This document shows, in pieces, positions 28,291 through 37,156 of a stretch of DNA of 64,000 nt (position 1 is the stretch's first letter; every line of letters begins with the position of its first letter). Source of the DNA: Candidatus Nomurabacteria bacterium. GTDB taxonomy: Bacteria; Patescibacteriota; Minisyncoccia; Phycocordibacterales; UBA9973. Position numbers and translations under genes: made by a program. The notes beneath the pieces are model-generated. The model had not been told where the DNA came from. It ran no database searches and saw only the letters and a list, made by a program, of their open reading frames with translations. Where the stretch lies: contig JAHFNJ010000006.1 in NCBI GenBank assembly GCA_023267375.1, positions 684 through 64,683 on the forward strand, read 5' to 3'.

Positions 28291-31200
28291 CTACACTTTC
28301 CATTCACCTTTAATAATCCCCTTCTTTACCTCTATTTTTTGGGAAGTGAAAATTCTGACATAACCACCCTCTGGGGACTTCTTTTCAATCGTAACTATAT
28401 ATGAGCCATTTGGCACAAGACAATAGAACTGTCCATATTCATTTGCGACCTTATGAATAACTTCATTACTAAGGGTTGCTGAATAAACACGGATAATAGT
28501 ATATGGAATTGGGCGTCCCGTTTTTTTATCGACAACAGTACCAAGCTTGGCGAGAGATATACCAACCTCCTTCACAACAAGCAATACTATATAGAGCCCA
28601 AGTGTGATGATCGTGAGTGTTGTTGGGTGTGTGATAAACGTAATGATGGCCAAGATAAAACCAGCGGCAAAAAGAATATTCGCAATACGATTAAGCCAAA
28701 TAATACGGCGTGAATACATTGTTGCAAACCCCTGCTCTTTCTTTTCAAATTCATTCCAATCGAAACGTACAGGATCGAGGGGAATATTTTTTGTAATTAC
28801 TTCTCCTTCTTTTTTTATTTCGAAATAATTGCCAAAATAAAGATTGTCATAAATTTCATCGCGAGTCACGTGACCTAAAATAATTGACGGAAATACATAA
28901 TTTGTTTTCTTGGCACGAATCATATACATTCCCGGCGGCACCAAGAAACCGTAACGACCGTTAATGTCTGAAATAGCAGTGGCAACTTGCTTTCCATCTT
29001 GATCAATAAGCTCAAGATATACGGGATCAAGTGGACGCTTTGTTGCCGCGTCATATACCACGCCCCACGGTGCTCGTTTTCTAAAACCAAAGAATGAAAG
29101 TAGTAACGACCAGAGGTGTGACGGAAAGAGAGAAGAAACAAGACCAGCAAGAAGACCTGCCGCTGCCACTACCTGAGCCGTTGCAGCTACGTAAATATTA
29201 TTTGTAAGATCACAGAGATGCTGCATCCCCAACCCAATGCTCCCCGAGAATAATGAGGCTACTGCACATTTTTGACCTTCATCTTTTGGTGGAAGTGGAG
29301 GAGGTGGTGGCAGAGTATTTATTTTGATTGCATATGATTCATACACGGTGCTCTTTGTATCGAAAGCACGAACTGAAAAATGATACGTCCCTTCTTTGGT
29401 AGGAACACCCGAAAGTATCCCTGATAAAGAATCTAGTGTAATTCCTGGCGGTAGTATTCCTGAAAAGAGGCCAAAAGAAACGACACCTTTGGCATTTTGG
29501 GTGGTGAGCGTTTGCGGTATATATGTCGCAGACACCATACCGTCAGGAAGTGTTGCGGGGTTTAATATAAAAACAGGGCCACCATTACAAGGAAGAATGT
29601 CACAACCTTTATTGGTTACATACAAATTATAAAGTTGCGTATCAGTTGCACTAAGAGCATCAACAGCTTGGATAACAAATTGGTAGTGACATTTTGGATA
29701 ACCAGAGCAAGTTGGATCTTCAGCTGTTGTCCCATGGAGTATGCCGTACTTGTTATTATTTTTATCAGTTTCCAGAGAAAGACCTTCTGGGAGATCCCCT
29801 GAAAGAATCGAAAAAGTAACTGGACCACTAGACGCTGCGCTTTCTGTTGCAATTAATTGAGTATATGGTTTTTCTACATCAGTATCTTTTATGTGGGTCG
29901 TCGTTATATGAAAGATATCAGGAACGATTTGTGCTGTATGAAAAAGGACTGGGGAACCAACAGCTGTCTGCCCTTTCCCTTCTGCGTATGCACAATACAC
30001 ATAATCAGTATCTGGAAGAAGATTAGTGATACTTGTTGCAAAGATACCATACTTAGACCATGGCAAATGAACTGTTTCAGAAGATCCATTTGGTGGACAC
30101 GAAGAATTATTTGCGGATTGATAGTAAGAAAACCACACACGTGGAGAAAGAGTTGCCCCAGAAATGAGCGCTCCTTGAAGAATTGCTCCTTTTCCAGAAA
30201 CATCGGGAATTCCCCCTTTTGTTTCAACAATCAGAACCTCATCCTGCTGATGACAGCTATTGCAAATGGTAACACTACTCGTATCAGAAACTTGTCCACC
30301 ATTATAAAATGCAGTTGCTTCAATTGTATACGTACCATCCGGAACCCCTACTGTATTCCAGTTCACCGAGTAATCATTCCCAGAAACAGTATATGTATCA
30401 GTAATTTGTCCGTTTTGTGAACCTGTATATGAAAATGAAACACTTGTAATCGTTTTACTCTTCGGTGTTACCTGTGCAGCAACAGAAACAAAACTAGAAA
30501 CCTTCGCCCCATTTGATGGAGTGGTGATCTGTATTGTGGGAGTCGTAGAACTGCAACACGTAGACGGCTTTGTAATCGTAATCGGATATGTGTGGGTAGT
30601 TGTACGGAACACTGCTGTCGGCGGTGATGGCAACGGCTGGAATCTATCCATTCCAAAAACTGTCATATTGTATGTGCAGGGATACCCTCCACTACAATTA
30701 ACTGGATCATCTATTGGGGTCCCCGAAAGAAGACCCTGTGTTGGAAACATCGGGTCTGTAACAAAAGTAAGGCCAGCCGGGACATTTGTTGTAAAAAAAA
30801 GTACAGTACCTTGGCTCCCTGATGTATAAATTGGCTGACTGTATGCTGTGCTAATTTTCCCTGAAGGCAACGATGCAGTAATGATATCGATAAAATTGTA
30901 AATCATGATACGGTGCGGTTCAATATCAATCGTATACAACCGAGATGACGACGCATCGATCGTTATCCCATAGGGCACACTAAATTTTTTATCACTCGTG
31001 CCCGCTGTTTGATTGAAAAAATCAGGCTGTCCAAGCACCGCTTCAGCATCGATTGCTCCACAAAAAGAAGGGATCGTCGCGAGTGTGTTGTACACAAGAA
31101 TTCTCCCAGCAACTTCATCGGATACAAACAAGCGATTATGGATGGCGTCATATTCAATAGCACGTGGCGTCCACATCTTACACTGAGAAACCCCAGGAGT

Positions 31201-32502
31201 ACCTGATAGAACATCTGCTTGCCCAAATGGCAACCATGAGCCCGGAGAATATACAGTATTGCCGGTACTCAAACTTATGTTCCACCTCATAACACGAGAA
31301 TTGCCTGCATCAGAAACATACAAGGTACCATTAATAACCCCCGGGAAAGATGCGCTCGCTTCAAATGCAACATCCCATGGATTTTTGAGAAGATACCCAG
31401 TAGTACCATTATCCCCTTTAGTAAAATCATCATGAGTAGTCGGGTATGAAGCATCGCCTCCCAAAACCCACGAAGCATCAATTCCTAATCCACCGTTATC
31501 AAAAGGCGTAAACCCTCGCGCCTTTGCATTAAGTGTTGCTGTACTTACATCAAAAACAAGTACGCGATGATTATGTAATTCGGTCACAAAAAGAATATTA
31601 TTTTCTTCGTTGTATTCAAGACCTTCTGGTTCATCAAAACCTTCCGCAATAGGATTCGCTGCACCAGCATTGGCAACATTACTTGTAAAATTTGGCTGTC
31701 CTAAAACATACAGTGCATCCTCTCCATTTGTAATAGTGCTTACATCAAAAACAAGTACGCGATGACTACGCGTGTCCGAAACAAAGAGTCGATTATTGAA
31801 ACCATCATATGCAAGTCCTCCGATATCGCCCCCAAGAGTACCTGCAGGGTTAACATTATGAGTAATGTCCTTAAAGTTATCACTCCCCAGCACGTAGTCA
31901 GCAACATGATCAAAAGTACCAGTATCAGGAATATTATTATTGCCATCTAGATTAAACACGAGCACCCGATGATTATTATCATCCGAAACGAACAATCGAT
32001 GATGGACTGTATCTATGGCGAGTGTTTGCGGAGAATTAAAACCAACATCATTCGGAAAAGCTGCGGTACTATTTGGGGAACTGACACCCTGTGTCCAGTT
32101 CAAAGTACTCATATCAAAGGTATACGTGAGATCAGAGGTTGCTGTCGCAATCGGATTGAGTAATGTATCAGTAATGGTCTCACCATTAATAAATGCAATT
32201 GAGCCAATTGGCTGAATAGAGAGCGTGGATCCGTTATCAGCAGAGACAACCCCTGTCGCATTGCTTGAACTTCCTTGTATTGATTGACCAACAGAAAATG
32301 TTGGGGCTCCAAGCAAGGTGTAATTTATATGTCCTGTTGGTTCGAATTGTCCCAACATATCAGATGCTCGATAAGAATCTCCTGTTGCCTTTGCAGTTAA
32401 GATAAAAGCGCTCGTAATAAAAAGCATCGCCAGTACGATCGTGAGCGCATGATATATTTTGCGATATTTATAAAGCATATAAGTCGTCTTTGACGTGTAC
32501 AC
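28291..32502 (-). CDS. secreted NHL-repeat surface protein (1,403 aa) with He_PIG/Ig-like domains and conserved C-terminal anchor module
   Basis: Signal anchor, NHL repeats (RLFVSDDNNHRVLVFNL, RLFVSDTRSHRVLVFDV, ILFVTELHNHRVLVFDV ...) and He_PIG-like segments. A PPPPPLPP linker precedes the same C-terminal module as the other two paralogs. Confidence 0.65.
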   Translation of the reverse strand: MYTSKTTYMLYKYRKIYHALTIVLAMLFITSAFILTAKATGDSYRASDMLGQFEPTGHINYTLLGAPTFSVGQSIQGSSSNATGVVSADNGSTLSIQPIGSIAFINGETITDTLLNPIATATSDLTYTFDMSTLNWTQGVSSPNSTAAFPNDVGFNSPQTLAIDTVHHRLFVSDDNNHRVLVFNLDGNNNIPDTGTFDHVADYVLGSDNFKDITHNVNPAGTLGGDIGGLAYDGFNNRLFVSDTRSHRVLVFDVSTITNGEDALYVLGQPNFTSNVANAGAANPIAEGFDEPEGLEYNEENNILFVTELHNHRVLVFDVSTATLNAKARGFTPFDNGGLGIDASWVLGGDASYPTTHDDFTKGDNGTTGYLLKNPWDVAFEASASFPGVINGTLYVSDAGNSRVMRWNISLSTGNTVYSPGSWLPFGQADVLSGTPGVSQCKMWTPRAIEYDAIHNRLFVSDEVAGRILVYNTLATIPSFCGAIDAEAVLGQPDFFNQTAGTSDKKFSVPYGITIDASSSRLYTIDIEPHRIMIYNFIDIITASLPSGKISTAYSQPIYTSGSQGTVLFFTTNVPAGLTFVTDPMFPTQGLLSGTPIDDPVNCSGGYPCTYNMTVFGMDRFQPLPSPPTAVFRTTTHTYPITITKPSTCCSSTTPTIQITTPSNGAKVSSFVSVAAQVTPKSKTITSVSFSYTGSQNGQITDTYTVSGNDYSVNWNTVGVPDGTYTIEATAFYNGGQVSDTSSVTICNSCHQQDEVLIVETKGGIPDVSGKGAILQGALISGATLSPRVWFSYYQSANNSSCPPNGSSETVHLPWSKYGIFATSITNLLPDTDYVYCAYAEGKGQTAVGSPVLFHTAQIVPDIFHITTTHIKDTDVEKPYTQLIATESAASSGPVTFSILSGDLPEGLSLETDKNNNKYGILHGTTAEDPTCSGYPKCHYQFVIQAVDALSATDTQLYNLYVTNKGCDILPCNGGPVFILNPATLPDGMVSATYIPQTLTTQNAKGVVSFGLFSGILPPGITLDSLSGILSGVPTKEGTYHFSVRAFDTKSTVYESYAIKINTLPPPPPLPPKDEGQKCAVASLFSGSIGLGMQHLCDLTNNIYVAATAQVVAAAGLLAGLVSSLFPSHLWSLLLSFFGFRKRAPWGVVYDAATKRPLDPVYLELIDQDGKQVATAISDINGRYGFLVPPGMYMIRAKKTNYVFPSIILGHVTRDEIYDNLYFGNYFEIKKEGEVITKNIPLDPVRFDWNEFEKKEQGFATMYSRRIIWLNRIANILFAAGFILAIITFITHPTTLTIITLGLYIVLLVVKEVGISLAKLGTVVDKKTGRPIPYTIIRVYSATLSNEVIHKVANEYGQFYCLVPNGSYIVTIEKKSPEGGYVRIFTSQKIEVKKGIIKGEWKV

Positions 32503-32597
32503 TATATATAGTATAGCAAGAAAAAATGACTATTTACCACTAAAAACAGAAACGCTTACATTTATTATCCATAAGGTCATACTTATTCAGTCATTAT

Positions 32598-34292
32598 TTA
32601 TTTTAAATACTCGGGAGTCTCAACGGACATAAAATCAAAGAGTTGGCGCATTACCGTTGAAGCACTAACAGCATTTGCTTTCGGCGCTGCTTCCATAAGA
32701 ATCACGAAGGCGTACTTTGGATTTTCATACGGGAAAAATCCCATACTCCAAGAATTCACAAATTCATTATGCAACCCCACCTGGGCGGTACCAGTTTTTG
32801 CCGCAACTTTTACTTGCGGAACATTCATAGATCCTGCTGTACCCGAAGTCACCGCTTGACGCATACCTTCACGGGCTACCTGAAAATAATCTGGATTGAT
32901 ATCAATTTTTTCGGCTGGCACAATCGCAACCTCATCGTTCTTATCTTTTTTTAAAATAGTTGGGGTATAGAGCATCCCATTATTTGCAACAGCTGCTGCG
33001 GCACGAACCATTTGAATTGGCGTTACCTGAAACCCATACTGACCAATGGCAGTATGGTACGTATCACCAATACGCCATGGATCACCTTTGAACACTTTTA
33101 ATTTCCACTCTGGTGTTGGCAGTACTCCCTGCGCTTCAGATGGTAAATCAATACCTGTTTTTTTAGTTATTCCAAACATTTCTGTATATTTATCAATGTT
33201 GGCAATCCCCAATCCTTTTTGATCTTGATACCCCCCACCAATTGCATAGAAGTAAACGTCCGAAGAAACAGCGATGGCTTCACGCATGTCTGTCCACCCG
33301 TTCACACGCCAGTCCTTAAAAACTGTTTTCTGGTCAGGGAAATATGGATTGGGAATTGAAATTGATCCTGTACTTAAAATTTGCTTTTCGGGTGTAATAA
33401 TTCCTTCGTTAAGTGCCCCAATGGCAAGTGGTATTTTTTCAATCGAACCAGGTGAATAGAGACCTGCGATGGCACGATTAATGAATGGTTTATTTTTGTT
33501 TGAAAGATAACCATTTATTTTTTCTCTATCACTTCCATCGGACAATACATCTGAATTGTATTCAGGCACACTAGTAATCGCTAAAAGTTCACCGGTATAA
33601 ACATCCATGAGTATTCCCGCACCGCCAGTGAACGAACCCTCATTCACATATGAAGCAATTGTTTGTGACAGTTTTTGTTGCACCCTTGAATCTACGGATA
33701 GCACTAAATTTGCACCATCTTGTGGTGGATTTTCAAGATTTTCTGATACAACCTTACCTTGCACATCAGTTTCAATCATTCGCAAACCATTTTTACCTGC
33801 AAGCAGTACATTGTACTGTTTTTCAACACCATCACGACCAATAAATTCCTCTTGCCAATAATTTCCTGATTTATCTTTTGTCGGATAGCTAACATACCCA
33901 AGCAAGTGTCCGAAACCATCAAGTTTTGTATACGCGCGATGCGGTAATGTCGTTTCGTCAGTACTTTCAGTATTCCATGCAAGCGGCACATTGTTGCGAT
34001 CATAAATAATGCCACGATTTGCAATGATGGGTTCACGATCAAGAGTATTGTTTACACTTCTATTATAGTAAGCCTCTCCGTTCACAACCGAAAGCATCCC
34101 AACTCGCCAGCAAAAAATAATAACAATAACAAAAAAAACTCCACCTACGAAACGAAGTGTTCCTTTACTAATCGGTGTCACCATACGTCCCTCAAACTGC
34201 TGCGTATCAAACTCCGGCAAATTACGCGCATCGAGAAATATCTCATCTGGCTCAACTTCAGCAAATATTCTTTTGGTTTTTCTAAATCGCAT
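32598..34292 (-). CDS. mrdA: peptidoglycan D,D-transpeptidase, class B PBP (PBP2/MrdA-like)
   Basis: N-terminal TM anchor, PBP dimerisation domain and transpeptidase domain. It is a second class B PBP, distinct from the dcw-linked ftsI. An MreD-like small membrane gene lies upstream. Confidence 0.7.
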   Translation of the reverse strand: MRFRKTKRIFAEVEPDEIFLDARNLPEFDTQQFEGRMVTPISKGTLRFVGGVFFVIVIIFCWRVGMLSVVNGEAYYNRSVNNTLDREPIIANRGIIYDRNNVPLAWNTESTDETTLPHRAYTKLDGFGHLLGYVSYPTKDKSGNYWQEEFIGRDGVEKQYNVLLAGKNGLRMIETDVQGKVVSENLENPPQDGANLVLSVDSRVQQKLSQTIASYVNEGSFTGGAGILMDVYTGELLAITSVPEYNSDVLSDGSDREKINGYLSNKNKPFINRAIAGLYSPGSIEKIPLAIGALNEGIITPEKQILSTGSISIPNPYFPDQKTVFKDWRVNGWTDMREAIAVSSDVYFYAIGGGYQDQKGLGIANIDKYTEMFGITKKTGIDLPSEAQGVLPTPEWKLKVFKGDPWRIGDTYHTAIGQYGFQVTPIQMVRAAAAVANNGMLYTPTILKKDKNDEVAIVPAEKIDINPDYFQVAREGMRQAVTSGTAGSMNVPQVKVAAKTGTAQVGLHNEFVNSWSMGFFPYENPKYAFVILMEAAPKANAVSASTVMRQLFDFMSVETPEYLK

Positions 34293-34295
34293 AGG

Positions 34296-34580
34296 TTATT
34301 CGTATTTAGGATACTGTATCATTTTTTTCTTTAGTTGTTCGACTACTATAAAAATAATGAGAGCTCCCCCAGTAGCAAGAAAAAGAAAATTGTGGAACCG
34401 CAGAAGTGGTGTCCCATAAAGTAAGTCACTCAAGAAAAAAAAGACAATGTACTCATAGTATGATCGAAATAGAAAAAGGCAGACTGTTCCTAAAATAATA
34501 CTCACCCAAAAAGGTAAAAAAAGTATTGAAACAAAAAGACAAGCGTCCGCCAAAAGACGATATGACATTTTACTATTCAT
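34296..34580 (-). CDS. small polytopic membrane protein (possibly MreD-like)
   Basis: 94 aa with 3 hydrophobic helices. It sits immediately upstream of and co-directional with mrdA, 4-nt gap. Confidence 0.35.
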   Translation of the reverse strand: MNSKMSYRLLADACLFVSILFLPFWVSIILGTVCLFLFRSYYEYIVFFFLSDLLYGTPLLRFHNFLFLATGGALIIFIVVEQLKKKMIQYPKYE

Positions 34581-34607
34581 ATATCTATTATATGTATCTT
34601 AGTTAAA

Positions 34608-34636
34608 AAACCTAATTTTGACAATTATATTTTTAC
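34608..34636 (+). promoter_or_regulatory. sigma-70-type promoter, near-consensus (TTGACA-17-TATTAT)
   Basis: TTGACA at 34608-34613, a 17-nt spacer, and TATTAT at 34631-34636, upstream of the sigma factor gene. Confidence 0.55.
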
Positions 34637-34680
34637 ATGTTATTATCGTAATGAATTTTAAACCTTTAAAAGAAAAAACG

Positions 34681-35553
34681 ATGAGACAGTTAAAAATTAC
34701 CAAGAGCATCACGAACCGTGAATCCCAATCGCTCGAAAAGTATCTGCAGGAAATCGGCAGAGAAAGTTTACTTACATCAGAAGACGAAGTGCATTATGCG
34801 CGACTTATTAGAACTGGTGACCAAAATGCACTGGATAAGCTTACCAAAGCAAACCTGCGCTTCGTTGTTTCCGTTGCGAAACAGTATCAAAATCAAGGGT
34901 TAAGCTTGCCTGACTTGATTAATGAAGGAAACCTGGGGCTCATTAAAGCAGCAAAACGCTTTGACGAATCTCGTGGTTTCAAATTCATTTCATATGCAGT
35001 CTGGTGGATCCGCCAATCGATCCTACAAGCGATCGCTGAACAATCAAGAATCGTTCGTCTACCCTTGAACCAAGTTGGGTCTTTAAACAAAATTAGTAAG
35101 GCCCACTCAAAACTTGAGCAAGAATACGAGCGTGAACCAACCGCTGAAGAAATTTCAAAATTACTCGAAATTTCAACGGAAAAGATTAAGGACACCATGC
35201 GCGTAAGCGGAAAACATGTTTCTTTTGATGCCCCCCTCTTTCATGGTGACTTCACGAGTGACACAACCCTGGGAGATACTATCGAGAATATCGATAGCCC
35301 TTCACCAGAGAAAAGTATCATGAACGAGTCGTTACAGAAAGAAATCGATCGTTCGCTCAATACACTCAGTGAAAGAGAAAGAGAGATCGTGAAATTGTAC
35401 TTTGGTATCGGAATGCAGCACGGCCTAACATTGGAAGAAATCGGTGCTCAGTTTGATTTAACACGAGAACGAGTCCGTCAAATCAAAGAGAAAGCAATCC
35501 GCAGGCTACGCCACAAATCACGCAGTAAACTATTAAAAGTGTACCTGGGCTAA
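34681..35553 (+). CDS. RNA polymerase sigma factor, sigma-70 family (regions 1.2-4 present, no region 1.1)
   Basis: [27 protein letters not shown] is the region 1.2 motif. Region 2 is ..[29 protein letters not shown]. Region 4 is the [26 protein letters not shown]. The start is placed at MRQLK because the track start (34618) lies within the promoter. Confidence 0.8.
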   Translation: MRQLKITKSITNRESQSLEKYLQEIGRESLLTSEDEVHYARLIRTGDQNALDKLTKANLRFVVSVAKQYQNQGLSLPDLINEGNLGLIKAAKRFDESRGFKFISYAVWWIRQSILQAIAEQSRIVRLPLNQVGSLNKISKAHSKLEQEYEREPTAEEISKLLEISTEKIKDTMRVSGKHVSFDAPLFHGDFTSDTTLGDTIENIDSPSPEKSIMNESLQKEIDRSLNTLSEREREIVKLYFGIGMQHGLTLEEIGAQFDLTRERVRQIKEKAIRRLRHKSRSKLLKVYLG

Positions 35554-35570
35554 CAACGGAACGGGTATAA

Positions 35571-35612
35571 AAACAAAAAAAAAGGTTCCCCTTATCAGGG
35601 GAACCTTTTTAC
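35571..35612. terminator. bidirectional intrinsic terminator
   Basis: aaaaaaaaaAGGTTCCCCttatcaGGGGAACCTttttac lies between the convergent sigma factor gene and the 35617-36495 gene. Confidence 0.65.
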
Positions 35613-35616
35613 TTTT

Positions 35617-36495
35617 TTAGCGAATCAATCGAAACAACCAACGAAAGATGAGAAATGCAACCAATATAATACATCCGTAAAAAATAGCTGCATGATGGAA
35701 AATAAATGCAAAAAGCGAATAGAAGAAGAGTGATACATAATCAAGTGGTCGGCGAAATTGCTCTGGAATACTTGTCTTGGTCTGTACTTCTCCTTTATCA
35801 GTAAGAGTCACTGAAGTACCCTTCTTAACCTCTTCTGGATTATCGAGTCGTGTTTTTACACGTATTTGATCATCAGTAAATGTCTCAGCATTATCAGCCC
35901 GAAAATTGTCTACGGACTGAAAAAACGGGGTACTTTTTGTTTTCTCTACAACATAATCATCTGCACGAGTAATTACCTTATCTGCAGAATCACCTAAAGA
36001 AGGCGCTTCATTTTTTGAATCAGAAGTCGCTGCTGTCTTTCCTGAAGGCTGCACGACAACTTTCTTCTGAATAAAACGCTTATCAACATCTGTCGTAGCG
36101 TTTACGAGAACGACTGGCTGGGTTTTACCATCAAGAGCCATCTTTGGACTAATAATTTTTGCTGAAATCTTATGATCCCCTGCTGTCACTTTCCAACTGA
36201 TTGAAATATCTGAAGCCGCCCCTTTTGCAAGCGAAAATGTCTTGGTGCCCAAAACAACACTTTCATCATAAAAATCAACCGTACCTGAAAATACACCAGG
36301 ACCAGGGTTAAAAAGAAATGTATAGATACGCACCGTGTCTCCTTCAACAAACGGATCTTTAGAATACCAGATTGGGTTTTGAACAAAACCGATATTTACC
36401 GGAGTAGCCTCTGTTGCGCCCACAGAGAATGGAGACATAAAAAGCGCTAGAAAAAAAGTAGTGATAAAAAAACAATGCACCCTCTTCATGGGCAT
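35617..36495 (-). CDS. hypothetical secreted protein with C-terminal TM anchor
   Basis: Signal peptide, a beta-rich middle and a C-terminal hydrophobic helix (IFYGCIILVAFLIFRWLF). Confidence 0.4.
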   Translation of the reverse strand: MPMKRVHCFFITTFFLALFMSPFSVGATEATPVNIGFVQNPIWYSKDPFVEGDTVRIYTFLFNPGPGVFSGTVDFYDESVVLGTKTFSLAKGAASDISISWKVTAGDHKISAKIISPKMALDGKTQPVVLVNATTDVDKRFIQKKVVVQPSGKTAATSDSKNEAPSLGDSADKVITRADDYVVEKTKSTPFFQSVDNFRADNAETFTDDQIRVKTRLDNPEEVKKGTSVTLTDKGEVQTKTSIPEQFRRPLDYVSLFFYSLFAFIFHHAAIFYGCIILVAFLIFRWLFRLIR

Positions 36496-36521
36496 ATTAT
36501 AACACAGCTTTTTTAAATAAC

Positions 36522-37133
36522 TTACTCTGTCGTGGGACGTTCTCCTAAAAGAAAACGCTTGACGACACGCGAGATCGAAATGAGCAGCAGTACCCCGACA
36601 ACAATGAGTATTATATTTCTAATAGTGCCGATGCCTTCCCCAATAAACTCAACTCTATTTCTAAAATACCAACCAATCAAAACATAAAGCGGTACATAGA
36701 CGACAAGCGCTGCCAAGTCATACGTGATAAATTTTCGAAAAGGAACCTTCGTTTGCCCAGCCATAAAAGGCCCTAAAAAACGAAGCTGTACGAGAAACCG
36801 CGAGAAAAAAATAACTTTCTCAATATGTGATTCGAGAAATACGCGCCTGCTTTCAAGACGGCGTGAAAATACTTTTTTATAAAAAAAAGTAACAAGCTTA
36901 CTTCCCTTCTTTGCAAGGAAGTACATCGCGATATCACTCACAAGGAGCGCTGAAATCACAATTGGAATAACGGTAAAACCATCAATCTTCCCAGTACCAG
37001 CCAAGTACCCGAAAGCGAGAAGAATGATTTCTTCCGGCACAGGAACAACGACATTCGCAAGAAGAGAGATGCCCCAGATGCCTACATACGAAAGATGCCC
37101 CAGCTGGCTGATGATTTCCCCTGTTTGAGTCAT
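36522..37133 (-). CDS. DedA/TVP38 family membrane protein
   Basis: About 200 aa and polytopic, with the characteristic DedA core (..LLAFGYLAG.. and the re-entrant segment). Confidence 0.6.
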   Translation of the reverse strand: MTQTGEIISQLGHLSYVGIWGISLLANVVVPVPEEIILLAFGYLAGTGKIDGFTVIPIVISALLVSDIAMYFLAKKGSKLVTFFYKKVFSRRLESRRVFLESHIEKVIFFSRFLVQLRFLGPFMAGQTKVPFRKFITYDLAALVVYVPLYVLIGWYFRNRVEFIGEGIGTIRNIILIVVGVLLLISISRVVKRFLLGERPTTE

Positions 37134-37156
37134 ATGATACGAGAGATTATACCAAA

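Noticed and set aside
29857-30420. 187-aa plus-strand ORF
   Set aside because: It lies fully inside and antisense to the 1,403-aa NHL surface protein gene. It is Cys/Arg-rich and low complexity.
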